This document shows, piece after piece, positions 1-12,274 of a DNA stretch of 64,000 bases (within the stretch, counting starts at the first letter, position 1; every line of letters begins with the position of its first letter). The notes under the pieces were generated by a model that saw only the letters and a list, made by a program, of their open reading frames with translations, was not told where the DNA came from and made no database searches. Source of the DNA: Lama guanicoe (Eukaryota). The stretch spans positions 3,265,946-3,329,945 of the forward strand of contig MU054908.1 in NCBI GenBank assembly GCA_013239625.1, given 5' to 3'. A program made the translations under genes and the position numbers.

Positions 1-230
1 CCTTTTCCTGATCACATTAGACTGCTAATTAGACCTTCCGTGGAGAGGCAATTTTAAAGAAGTTGCATTTAAACAAATAAATTAATTTTGGTTAATTGAC
101 TAAGGGAGAGGCTTTAAAAATCAAACTAAAATGGTTGGGTTATGAATGGATTTAATTTTCAAGGCTGTCCTTCAATGCTATGAGCACAGCTTTAAAATAC
201 ATCAGCTTTCTCTGAAACTTGTTGCCTGAT

Positions 231-480
231 TTTTTCACAGCTTTATTGAGATACCATTCACATGCCATACAATTCACTGATTTCAATTGCACAGGTCACT
301 TTTTTTTGTATATTCACAGAGTTGGGCAACCATCACCAAAATCAATTTCAGAACATATTCATCCCCCTAAAAAAAAAAATCCTGCACCTGTTGGCAGTCA
401 CTCCCCATTTCCTTCTGGTCTTAGGCAACCCTAGTTCACTTTATGTCACTATCGATCTGCCTAGTCTGAACATTTCATAT
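231..480 (-). mobile_element. Old L1M (L1MB-like) 3' end running into an N-run
   Basis: It reads acagctttattgagata...tatattcacagagttgggcaaccatcacc...gaacatttcatat, typical of eutherian L1MB 3' ends (from recall). Confidence 0.8.
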
Positions 481-1479
481 NNNNNNNNNNNNNNNNNNNN
501 NNNNNNNNNNNNNNNNNNNNNNNNNNNNNNNNNNNNNNNNNNNNNNNNNNNNNNNNNNNNNNNNNNNNNNNNNNNNNNNNNNNNNNNNNNNNNNNNNNNN
601 NNNNNNNNNNNNNNNNNNNNNNNNNNNNNNNNNNNNNNNNNNNNNNNNNNNNNNNNNTTAATACAAAAGCCAGAAAGAAGGGGAAAAACAGTAAGTAGGA
701 ACTCCAGGAAATAACTTCTACAGGGTTCAGAGTCACAGAGCATCAGAATAAAAAAGAACCTTAAAAATCAGTCAGTGCTTTCTTTTCCTCATGGAAAGCC
801 CAAGACCCAGGGTAGGAAAGCTGTTTGCCCAGGGCCCCTCAACATCAGGGGCTGAGCTGGGATGAGGCCCAGGTTGTCCCGACTCCAAGTCCCGTGCTGT
901 TCTCTGCCACCACACACGTCCAGGGCCTCAGGGCTCCTCTCCGTGGTGGCCGTGGAAGTGGTTGTCCTTGTAAAAGCAGAGAGAGGAGCAAGTCTTTTAT
1001 CTCAGTCTTGGGCTCGGTTTTAGAGAATTGATCTGGTTCAGAGCCTCGAGGTGGATTTGGAGTTCCTTTTGGAGAACTGTTTAGAAGAGTTGGCAGTGGG
1101 AAGGTTGCCTGATGTTCTGGACCTCTATTGTACTTTCAGCCACATCTCTCAATCATCAGAAAGAATATACGAGAAACTCAGGAATCGAGTGCATCACAGC
1201 TGGGGCGGATCTCACTCCATCCACTCAGGCCTGAGTCTGAGGTGTAGAGAGTGTAAGTCTGTTTCCTTCCAGCCTGCATCATGGGAGGCAGGGCCCTAGT
1301 GCTCACCTATTTGGGGATTCTTCTAAATGAGGAAGATTGGCTACTGGGTAGTCAGAAAACAACAGGTGTCCACGATTTGGTTATAAATGTGGTGTTCTCA
1401 AGTGAGGAAAAAAACGGGAAGCTCTGTCCAACCAGACAATCCCAGTGCTGGGCACTGACTCAAGGAGACAGCAGGGAGG

Positions 1480-1880
1480 TGTTTAAAATAGACAGAACCT
1501 TTCTGGGGGCACTGTTCTGTTCTGTCTCTCAGACAAGTTGAGTGGAGGACCAGGGTCCAACGGAGGATGAGCTGGTGAGGGGTCAAGAAACCAGGTCTTG
1601 TGAGGAACAGCAGAAGTCATGGGGGCTGTTTAACCCTGAGGCGAGCCAGACGCTGGGGATTAAGGAGTGTGTGCTCTTCTGTCTTCAAATATTAGAAGAG
1701 CTGTCAAGGGGGTGAGGTAGTCCAGAGGGCATGGCTAGAATCAGAAGTGGGAAATTATAAGGAGGTGGATATCAGCTTGATGTGGAGATGTTTCTAGCAA
1801 CCACATGTGCCCAGCAAGTAACTAGGGTGATTCCAAAGGTGGGGACCTCTCCTCCCCTGGAAGTCTTCAAGCTGGGACAC
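1480..1880 (+). mobile_element. L3/CR1 LINE 3' fragment (ancient)
   Basis: The blocks tggtgaggggtc...gtcttgtgaggaacag...ctgtcttcaaatat...cccctggaagtcttcaagc follow the order of the recalled L3/CR1 3' consensus. Confidence 0.7.
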
Positions 1881-1907
1881 AGGACATCAGACATTCAGCC
1901 TCTAAGA

Positions 1908-1955
1908 CTGCACTGTCCAGTACAGTAGCCACTAGCCACATGTGGGTTTTGAATA
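1908..1955. mobile_element. MER3/MER33-like hAT terminal fragment
   Basis: It reads cactgtccagtacagtagccactagccacatgtgg. Confidence 0.6.
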
Positions 1956-2316
1956 GAGAAATGATGATTGTTTTGGATAAACTGGCCCAGCCCAGAAGGC
2001 TGCCCCCTGCAGGCTACAGGTTCCTCTCCCAAACCCACCTGTCAGACAAATCCTCCTCCTCTGGGGAGAAGGGAGATAGGGGTTAGTGTTTCTCCCACTC
2101 CTCCCAGTGTAAGGAGGAGTGTAAGGATAAAGGTTAGCTTTACGTGGACTTACACCTCTGTAAATAGGCCAGTGTCCAGTGTGGGGAGATGAAGAGAGAC
2201 CGAGGTTCAGGGTTGGACACCTGGTGGGCCCACCTATGTAAGCTGAGTCTTCCCACTGATGCTAGTAATGTCCACACGGGCACAAACCGTGACCGTGCAC
2301 AGAGAGGCACATCACC

Positions 2317-2478
2317 TTTTTTTAAAAATTGAGCTATAGTCAGTTTACAATATTGTATCAATTTCTGGTGTGTAGCTCACTGTGTCAGTCTTGCATATGC
2401 ATACATATATTCATTTTCATGTTCTTTTTCATCATAGGTTACTACAGGATACTGAATATAGTTCCCTGCGCTATGCAT
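2317..2478 (-). mobile_element. Short LINE-1 3' end fragment
   Basis: A poly-T run is followed by attgagctatagtcagtttacaat...gaatatagttccctgcgctat, the reverse complement of the L1 3' UTR seen elsewhere in the window. Confidence 0.85.
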
Positions 2479-3485
2479 CCTCTTTTGAGTGCATGCAAAG
2501 GGCTCCACACACACAGCAGCTATTGTGTGAATCCTCGACCCCCACACTGGCTGTGTTACCTATGACATCGAGTGCTGGGTGTCGGCCTGGGCTTTTTCCT
2601 GTCTCTTACCCACTGGTCTTGTGTCTGAATTAGAGAACTGTGGGATTTCAGAGCCGTTAGAGCTCCCAGATACCATCTCGGCGTGTTGCAGATTAGGTAG
2701 CTGGTCTGCAAGAGGGGAAGTGAGGGGGCAGCTAGGAAGAGGGGGTTGTGTGTGACACGTGTCCCTTCTCCACCCCGCCCCCACCCGTCACCACTGCTTC
2801 CTAGACCTCATAATTCAGGAAGGCCGTCTGTCTGACCAAAAGGCAGGAAGTCCGCCAGCCCACTCCCATCCCGGTGGCGGCTGGTTCTATTCTCAGTCTG
2901 TCAGGGACCACACACCCTGGGGCGTGTGATACGAGCCTGGACTGCTCACTTCAGTCCTAGGATCCACCACATTCAGTCCATCTTTTAGTTGTTTATGTTT
3001 TCCTCACATTTTCTATCTCCGTGACAACCTCAGTTCACCTCAGGTTCCAATGGAGATCTTCCTGACCCAGCATCTGGGAAGAGATAAGGAAGTTTTTTTG
3101 CAATTCTTTTTGTTTTTTTCATACTTTTCCCATTTACTTTATTGTTCATTAACTGAAACATATTAAGTTTAATATTTTAATGCAGATCGATTTCAAACTC
3201 CAAGGATGTGATAATAAAAGAATTTATTTTTCTGAAAGTATTTTAAAAACAACCTGTGATGTGGTCAGTAGAGTATATATTACAGAATCAATTTTAATCT
3301 TAGTACAGAATTAACTGAGACCAAGTGGCACCAGCTGTGAACCAGAAGTGTGATGTACTTGGTTGAATCCATGCCTCCATATATTGCCGTCTATCTAATA
3401 TCCTTTTCATATATGCAAAATGCTTTATTATCACTTATTCTAGATAAATCTACTCCTTGGAGGATAATAGACGTGACAAGAAGAC

Positions 3486-3601
3486 TTTTTTTTCATTTGT
3501 AAACTTTTTTTGGAGGGGAGGGCAGATAGGTTTATTTATTTGTAATGGAGATACTGGGGATTGCTAAGCACACAGTCTACCACTGAGCTATACGCTCCCC
3601 C
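3486..3601 (-). mobile_element. Camelid tRNA-derived SINE (Vic-1 type) with internal B-box deletion
   Basis: The body reads taggtttatttattt...ctggggattg|ctaagcacacagtctaccactgagctatacgctcccc and lacks about 20 nt present in the other copies. Confidence 0.85.
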
Positions 3602-5039
3602 ACAAGAGATGCTTTTTGTATGATGAGCAATATAGGCAGATGAGGTTGAGTTTGCTCATAGCTCATGTTCACAGTACAGATGAGGCAGTTTCAGAGCTGG
3701 AGCCAGAGACCTGGGTTCGTACCTCCGCTTCACCGCCACTGAGCTGGAGACCTCGGGCAAGGCTACCTCTCCTCCAGCCTGAGGGATCAGCTGAGCTGAG
3801 CCACGTCACTGAGGGTGGCCCTGGGATTACAGGAAAGGTGCTGGCCCTTGTGCCCCGTGCCGCGGTGAACTGCTGGGGAGGCTCAGCCCCACCGCGTTGG
3901 CGCAGGTCACCCCCATGGTATGTAGCGGGGTATGCTCGTAAACAGGGCCCTCCTGCAGCAGGGCCGCCCATAACCTCTGTCCTGCGGTGCAGCTGGATGA
4001 GATCTCTCCCAAGTTGCGAGCTTCCGATACTTTTTAGCAGGGGAAAATATTTTGGATCCAATCACTCCAGGTTGGCCTTGCACTCTGTCTTATTTGCTGA
4101 TTAAACAGCCTTTCTTTGGCACAAACTTTTGAAAGTTACCTCTTCAGTGGAGGCCCATCTTAAGGGGATAAGTTTTAGCATTGGAAATTCTCTCTTTCCA
4201 TCTTAGTTGGCTATTTGTCCTCATTTATTCCAGGACCTAAACTTCGGCCCAGTTTGTGACACCTAGGTATTTGTTTTAAGGAGTCAGCCTGGACTTCATC
4301 AAAATGGCAGTATTTTTAGGGAACCCTGTTGTAAGCCTAAGGTCTGGGATTTCAAAGAGTGTAAGCTTTAAGGCTCTGACCTATCTTCAGCAGGGTAGTT
4401 TGGCACTAAAAGCTGCCATCTTTATAGGGGATATTAAACAAATGGGGCTTTCTCCTAATGCAGCTGAAAGGGGCCAGCAGCTCTAATTCAATCAAAGAGG
4501 ACTCTGTGAGGGCCCAGTTGGGGCCCAGTGCCGCATTCAGCATCATGAGTCTCTGCTTTCTGCTGAGTGTCCATGTGCTCCTAGGACGGTGTTTGCTGAG
4601 CACTTACTGTCTGACCAGCTCCGTGTGAGTGCTGTGGGGCAGACCTAACACAGAGCATTACCACGGGAGCGCTGCTGGTTCCTTCCCAGCATCCTCAGCT
4701 TCATCCAGACGCTTCAGGCAGCTGGGCCTCAGTCCACCAGCAGAAGGGGGCTGGCCTTCGTATTGCTACCACAATCCCCGCACCTGGACCCAGCTGACGT
4801 TTTGCTTTTAGTCCTCCCGTTCCCCTCGAGGACCAGAACTGTCCTGAGAGCATACCCTTTTGAGTTGGGGCCCTGGCAGCTGGCTAATCTCTTGCCACCT
4901 TCTCGAATGCTCCCTGTGTTTTCAGCTGTGGTTTGACTCCAGTCTGGATGGTCTCCAGCTCTCATTGCAAAGCCCAGCTTAGATGCTGGGTGTTGCCACT
5001 GTCCTGTTGGCCTTGCAAACAGGCAAAATGGGTGCAAAT

Positions 5040-5710
5040 TCATCATTTCTCAGCCTGCTCAACCTGCTTCCATTTATGTGGTCCTCCTCTAGCAGGGAAG
5101 GGCACCTCCGCCACTCAGCATCCAGCTAGAAACTTGATAATCAGCTTAAATCAATCCCTGCCCCGCACCCCACCAGCATCCAGTTAAAGTTATCTATCTC
5201 TCAAAGCTTTCTATTTCTCTCCATTCCCACTGCTACAATCTTAGTTCCACCACCTGTGTCTGTCTTGCTCACCATCGCAGTCTCAGCACCCAGCAGAGGA
5301 CCTGTCAAGTGATTGCTCATAGTATTGAATCAATGAATGAGAGAGTGATTGGACCGGTGTAGACCTTCCATGACAGTCTCTCTAGTCTCCTCTCTCCCCG
5401 CACTCCAGCTTACCCTTTACCTGGCAACCATCCTGAACTCCTCTTGGCTCCATGTACATCCACCTCTGCCGGAAGCCTTCTCTTGTTCTCCTGTCTGAAT
5501 AAGATGGCTCCTCTGTGCTTCCAAGCACGCACGCCTAGCCTTTTCCTGCAGAGCCCGTCTCCCACACACCGGCATCGCCTCTTTGCATGTCCATTGTTCT
5601 CACCTGACACTAAGTTCCAGGAAGCAGCACCTGTATTTTACTAGTCATTGCATTCCCAGCACTCCGCACGCAGGAGGTGCTCCTTAAATATTTGTGGACT
5701 AAATGAAGGT
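5040..5710 (+). mobile_element. Degenerate LINE-2 fragments (two 3' tails)
   Basis: The tails are gtattgaatcaatgaatga (about 5340) and ggaggtgctccttaaatatttgtggactaaatgaa (about 5700). Confidence 0.6.
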
Positions 5711-8685
5711 CTAGAAATGCCTGCTTCCCCACCTCACTCCTTGCCACCCTCATGTCTCCTTCAGTCCCTCACTCCATCCACCTGGGTTTTGCCACTGGCC
5801 ACTCTGATGTGCAGTGCAGTCCACGAGCCTCAGGACCAGCTCCACTGGAAGTTTGTATCTGGGCCCTGGCATCGCCCGTCTCGGTTCTTGGCCCACATTG
5901 GAGCACTTTGTTCAGAACATCCTGACTTGCACAGTAGGATGTGCATCGCAGGTTTGACCTCCCGGGGTCTGTCCAGTACTCATGCCCTGGCCTTTTCTGA
6001 CTAGGTCTCCTATAGTGTTTTGTGCTAGGCTGATCCCCTCACTGGGCTGTGAACCCCCAGGCAGGGGTGACATCTAATTCATGTCTGACCACCCTCCCCT
6101 ACCCACCCCAGCAGCACCCAGAACAAGGACTTGTTTGTGCATGGTAGGTCCCCAGGAAAGGGCAGATGGTTTCCTTGGATGGATCAGAAACTAAAGGGAT
6201 TCAAGGAGGAGGAGGGCTCTGGGAATTAGGAAGACTGGAGGGAAGTCCCGAAGGTGAGTGTGACTGGAGAAAAGGGGAGACATTTCTCACCAAGAATGGG
6301 GGTGAAGGAGGAGATGGCGTGGCAGGAACAGCAGAGCAACCAGAGGTGTGGGAGGGAGGGGGAGGGGACGGCAGAGCTGCAGGTCCCAGCACCCTGCTGG
6401 ACGTGCCCACGGCCCCGGGCGGGCAGCCAGCCAGGCTGTGGGCCCGCAGGGCTGCGCCAAGGGAGCTGGCGGCCCGTGTGCTCCCTGGCCACAGGGGCCC
6501 TTGCTCTCCCCATGTGATATAAAGGGCCCCACACCCTTTTTTATCAAGGTAAGAATCAAGTCAGAGAAGTGCTTTCTGTCTCCTCTAGAAAGGATGTTAA
6601 CCAAAGATTAGTTATCTTCACCGCTATCATCACCACCATCCCCACGCCATTTCTCACATCTGTTTAGCCAGGTATTCACCTTTATTATCTCATTTTGATC
6701 ATCACAGCTGCCATTATTTCTACCTCAGAGTTGAAGACACAGAAGTTCAGAGAGGTTGAAGGGCTAGCCCAAGGTCACACAGCCAGCCCTGTGGGTGGCA
6801 GTGGGGGTGGTGTGGATTGAGAAACGTGCTCTGGAATTCCTCTTAGTGTCAGCCTGGGCACAGCCCAAGTCTGTGCGTGTACAGGTGTCAGTGTGCCCGT
6901 CCAATTTTCTCCATAGGCACCTACGTTCTCCACGCCTCTGCACATCTGGGAGTGCGTGGACGGTTCAGAGTGTGCCTCTGCAGGTGTGGGTGTGTGGGAG
7001 TGCATAGGAGCATCCTTGGGGGCACAGGCATGTGCGAATGTGGCCTGGGCTTGTACGCATGCGTGCACGCAGGCGCTCACCCCCTTCTCAGATGTCTTGG
7101 CTGTAGGTTTGACAACTGAAACCCAGCTGCGCTCTGGCCAGGAAACATCCGCTGTGNNNNNNNNNNNNNNNNNNNNNNNNNNNNNNNNNNNNNNNNNNNN
7201 NNNNNNNNNNNNNNNNNNNNNNNNNNNNNNNNNNNNNNNNNNNNNNNNNNNNNNNNNNNNNNNNNNNNNNNNNNNNNNNNNNNNNNNNNNNNNNNNACTC
7301 CTCCCCACCCTCCCAACTTGTCTCAAACCAGTCAAATTATGCTGAATAATGGCTGCAGAGGGGGGAGAGTGTAAAGGTCACCAGTGGGCTGTTGGAGGGT
7401 GTAATAATGTCACATTTTAATTTACGCAGGGAATGGTGCGGGGATCAAAACCAATAAATTTGGGCTGCGCTCACAACCCTAGCCAAAGGTAACTCCTGTA
7501 GGCCATGCCACTTCCAGGGAAGAAATCACAAACCGTCACACCCCGCAGTCCACTGTGCTGGGGAAAACCCATGTGCGTATGTACAGATGCAAAACACGGC
7601 ATTTTCTGTCTGCAAGGGGACTTGTATTTGGAGACCCGCAGCATCAGCAAGAATCTCTCCAGTTGTCAGGGTCTTACCCAGATGTTCTGGGTATTAAGAT
7701 CCTAAAACAAAGTATGTCTTCCATATATTTTGCAGTCCTGTGAAATATTCAACACCAGAATGACCCAGAACCATGGGAAAGTGTATACAAAGCGGAGTGA
7801 GAAGAGTGGAAAGCAGAGTTGTATGTACACATTGATGGCAGCTCTGAAAGCTTATTTACATGCAAGAAAGGTGGGGAGGGGGCTGCAAGGAGACATCTGT
7901 CGGAACTGTGTTTGTATTGTGGAGTTGCGGCTAGGATTTGAGGTACAGTTGTTTTAATAATTAATGTGGACTTAAAGCAGGCATTCTCGGAAGGCAGAGC
8001 ACTTGCTCTCCTGACCTTGTAGGGTCCCTTGTGGACCAATGGAGTCCAGAGACTGGAGGTCTAGAGATGGTTCTTACCTGTGCTATGTGGCCAGGTAGCT
8101 GGGGAAGCCAGGAGCAGGACCAAGCCCTGGGTTGCTGGTGTCTGGAGGCCTTGGCCAGGGAGGCCGTGATCGTGGTGTTCTGGGGAGAGCCCTGCCCCTC
8201 CTTCCACCGTCCTGAGAGTCTGCAACTGGCGTGTGTTCCAGGGGCTGCTGAGGGGGTCTGGCGTGCTGCCCATCCCTCAGCTGGCTCTGCAGCCGTGGGA
8301 AGGTGGGGTTTGCAGTCTTGGGGGCCACCGCCGGGAAGCTGTGAGGCTGTCAAGACTCTGGAGCGCGCGCTGCTCCATCTGGTTGGAAAGGAAGTGAAGT
8401 AGGGGGAGCTGCTCGGGGTTGAACGACACCCTGAGGACTTCTGCTCCTCTTTCCCCACCACACATCAGACAGTGGCCACCAGGATGCCTCGGGAAGAAAG
8501 AAGTGAAGGGGGCCCACATGTCTGCCCTGCCCTGGGGTCTGTTTCCGGTTTCATCCCTCAAGGTGCTTCCCTTTCATGTCTTTTTCCTTTTTAAACAGTT
8601 GCCATCTATTCAGTTGTCTGTGATGCTAAGGACTTTGCATATGTCAAAGTCTCACTTAATCCTCAGGTCACGCCTGCAAGGTGAG

Positions 8686-9140
8686 TGTGGCAGAGATGGC
8701 AGACCTTCCTCCAGAAGTCCCTTCTTCCCGGAGTTCTTGCCGGGAAGTAGCTGCTCATCCATGGATCGTATCTTTAACCCTCTTTATAGACAGCTGCAGC
8801 CCAACGACTGGGTTCTGACCAATGGATTGTGAGCAGAAGTGAGTTGCTTCACTTCAGAGCCTGACCCATAAAAACCTCCCAGGAGGCCTTCTCTAAACTC
8901 TATCCCCTTCTGCCTGGATGGACTAGGGACAACCCCCAGGGTGACCTTGGAAACCACAGATTTAAAGTCATGGAACATCTATCAGCCTGGGGATCTGAAT
9001 GCCTGTGTGGAGAAAAACTGCCCAGCCAGTAGGCTCCCTGCCCAGTCGTAAGCACGAAGTAAACTTATATCCTCTTGTTTCTGAGCCATTATACTTTAGG
9101 GGATCTGTTTGTTATACTAGTGAACCTACGTAATTAATTA
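8686..9140 (+). mobile_element. MaLR solo LTR (MLT1J-like) inserted in a MIR
   Basis: It contains tgtggcagagatggc, ttctgaccaatggattgtgagcagaagtga and ggatctgtttgttat. MIR halves lie at about 8590-8680 and 9145-9270. Confidence 0.75.
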
Positions 9141-9282
9141 GGAATTTTCACTCCCATTTTACAGATGAGGAAACTGAGACTCAGAGAGGAAAATAAATTG
9201 TCCAAGGTCAGATATTCAGTTCTAGCAGGGTCACGATGCATGTCTAGTTCTCTCCAGTTTCAAGGTCATGCTCGTCGTGTGA

Positions 9283-9562
9283 ATTTCCCCAAGTGTGTTC
9301 CATGGAGTGCTAATTAACACAACAACCCCTTTCTCCAAAAAAAATTCCATGCTCAAATAAGTTTGGGAAATGCCAACTTGAACAGAGTCAAGAGACTTCT
9401 TCCTGCAGCTCTTTTCAGGGGGTTTGCATGCTGATGACCTCTAAGAGTCACTACAGTGGCATCTAGCATGCAGGGTGCAGGGGTTTCTAAATCTGAGACC
9501 ACAGGGCCTTTCCTCTACAGAGCTTCTTTGAGAACAGCACGCCTGGAGCACACTTTGGGAGA
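9283..9562. mobile_element. hAT-Charlie MITE (MER112-like)
   Basis: The inverted ends read cccaagtgtgttcca / tggagcacactttggga, with an internal caaataagtttgggaaatgc. Confidence 0.6.
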
Positions 9563-9584
9563 GGCTGGACTCCAGTGTGCTGCT

Positions 9585-10069
9585 CGTTATGGGTTGAATT
9601 GTCTCCCCACCGAACTCCCCAAAAAGAGACATTGAGGCCTTAACACTGTCTCAGAATGTGACCTTGTTTGGAAATAGGATCTTTGCAGATTTAACCAAGT
9701 TAAGATGAGGTCTTTGAGTGGGCCCTAATTCAGTATAACCGGTGTCCTTGTAAAAAGGGAATTTTGGACACAAAGACAGACAGGCACAGAGGAAAGACGA
9801 TGTGAAGAGACACAGAGACATACCAGGAGAATGCCATGTAAGGACAGAGGATTGGAAAGATGCATCACTAAGCCAGGGAAGGCCAAGGATGGCCAGCAAA
9901 CACTGGAAGTTAGCAGAGACAGGAAGGATTCTCTGTAGAGCTGTCCAAGGGATCGGGGCCCTGCCAACACCTTGATCTCAGTCCTCTAGCCTCCAAAACT
10001 GTGAGAGAATAAATTTTTGCTGTCTTAAGACACCCAGTTTGTGGCACGTAGTCCTGGAAAAGGAATACT
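9585..10069 (+). mobile_element. MaLR solo LTR (MLT1C-like)
   Basis: It contains gttatgggttgaattgt, cagaatgtgaccttgtttggaaatagg and ctccaaaactgtgagagaataaattt. The 5-bp flanks are CTGCT/CTGCC. Confidence 0.88.
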
Positions 10070-10199
10070 CTGCCTCGAGTTCCTTTCAAGACTGAGGTTT
10101 CTTTGCGATGGTACCTTACAGATAATCATCCAAATGGCGAACTGTGATGGCTTCAGTTTACTAAGACACAGATAGAGGGAGAGAGAGATGGGAGGGACA

Positions 10200-10560
10200 A
10201 GGGGCCGCTAAGAGCTTCAGCTTCGGTGCCTGGCTCTGCATCCCACTTTGACTACTTGCCCTTTCTGTGCCCAGTTTGCTCTTTTGTAAGGTGGGGTTAG
10301 CACGGCTCACACTCACTTCATAGGGGGAGCAGAGGGTTAAATGAACTAACATACCTAAAACATCTAGACTAGAATCTGGCAGAGTGCTAGTGCCCAATCC
10401 TTTAAAATTATCCCGGCGGGATGGCGTGGTAACTGCAGGGCAGGCCAACCGGTGTTTGAATCCAGATTCTGCTCTTCCCCAGTGACATTACCTGAAGCAG
10501 TTTGCTGAATCTTTCTGAGTCTTAGTCTCCCCATTTCTATGGTAGAGAAAGTCATGCCTG
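10200..10560 (+). mobile_element. Two degenerate MIR SINEs
   Basis: The cores are ctttctgtgcccagtttgctcttttgtaaggtgggg and tttctgagtcttagtctccccatttctatgg. Confidence 0.65.
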
Positions 10561-12274
10561 TTGTTAACAGAGGATCTTCAAAGAAGGTAAAATCATAACC
10601 CTCAGACAGATAACAAATGAAGACACGTGAGTGGTTTCAACTTACTGTTAACGAGGGGAGTGGGGAGCTGTTACAACTGGTTCAAAGGAGAATCTTACAG
10701 ACGCATAAGCAGGTCAGAAATCTTGAAATGCGTTTTCAAGTGGATACAGTGAACTGGTTTTTGCAGAGGGACAGGGTCTACCCAGCTGATTTGTGTGTCC
10801 AGAGTCAAGAATCGCTGTGTGTCCTTTGCTCCCCACAACTTGCAGAGCTGCAGAAGGAACTCAGAGGCTGGAATTAGATAACCCGCAAAGGCGTGCTCTA
10901 AACAACACAGACTTTTCTCTTAGAGACACTCAGCAATCTTTTTTGCTTATTCCAGGTTTCCTTATGGTCTCTCACATATTTATAGGTATGGGACTAGAAA
11001 AAGATAGATGAATATGTGGAAGAGGCAAGTTGCTCAATAAAGTATGATCCTATTTTCATAAAAACAAGCAAGCTATGTGTGTGCGCACACGGGTGGGTGT
11101 GTATATATAATGCTGATTAAACACAGACCCGCATCAGGGAGAAGACACAGACTGCGAACGATGCCCGCCTCTGGAGGGTGGGATGGGGGACCAGGATGTG
11201 GATGGAGGCATCCACGGCTCACTTCCTAAATTTCTGTTTGAATAAAAAGCAGTACCTGCTTCACAGTATATTGTGAATGAGGAGTGTCTGAACGAGAAAT
11301 GTGTTCTCCGTGCTTGGCGCAATGCCTCCATTCAATACATGGCGGGTTTTGTGATTAGTATTAACGTTCGTATTGCCCAGCACCCCCAGGCGTGTCCTCA
11401 GGAAGGAAACACTAAGAGGGGCACCCGCCCTGCTGCCCAGGGACCTCTCCTGAGAGGAGCTGGTTTGGAGTCCTGGGCTGGGGTTTGGGGACCCATCTGC
11501 ATGGCCCTCGCCCCGCGGAGGCTTGGAAGGGGCTTCCTTCCTGAGTTACAGCCTGGGGGTGGCCCCCGTCTGCTGCGTTTCCTCAGCCCTGCTGGCAGGC
11601 CATGTGACTTATGACAAAATTTTCTCTTAAATCAATGGGATTCCTTCTTGTTTTGGGAGACAATGGAGGTAACCTCATAATAGTTTACCCTTTCTTCCGG
11701 CTTGTGTCTCTCATTGTGTGGCTGCGCAGGCCTGCCGTAGGATTTAAGCCACCTCTTTTCATGACATGTGTCTCTTCCTGTGAGACTTCCTAAAGCAACT
11801 TAGTGGCAAAAAGTAATGTGGTCCTCATAGTTCAGAACAGAAATGACAATGAACTGAACACATGGTTTTACAAAGTAGATATCTGCTTGCAAAATGTTTG
11901 GAAATAATGTTAAGGCGCAATGTGCAAAATTTAAAATAAAGAATATTTATTAATATGCATAGTGAAACAAACAAACAAACAAACAACAAACCGTGTTTAG
12001 TCGTGACAAGCTCCTAGGCCACAGGAATGAGGCCTGGCTGGGCTGAGCCCTGAGCCCTCCTCCTGCCTAGGGTGGGGACTGAACCACCCGTCAGCTCCAG
12101 ATGCGTGCAGTTAGCATTCACCAGCAGGGGAAATGGATGCTGGTCACAATGCGCAAAGAGACAAATTCAAGTTTTTGAGGATCTAATTTTAGCCTCAGAC
12201 TCATCCCTAAAGGACAGCCTTGGTACAGTGGAGAGGACTTGGGATGGGTCAGAACACCTGACCCTGGTGCAGGC

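Noticed and set aside
10617-10877. 86-aa ATG-initiated ORF (MKTREWFQLTV...)
   Set aside because: The composition is protein-like, but I recognise no family and see no supporting promoter or splice context. The length is within chance expectation, and BLASTX would be needed to revive it.
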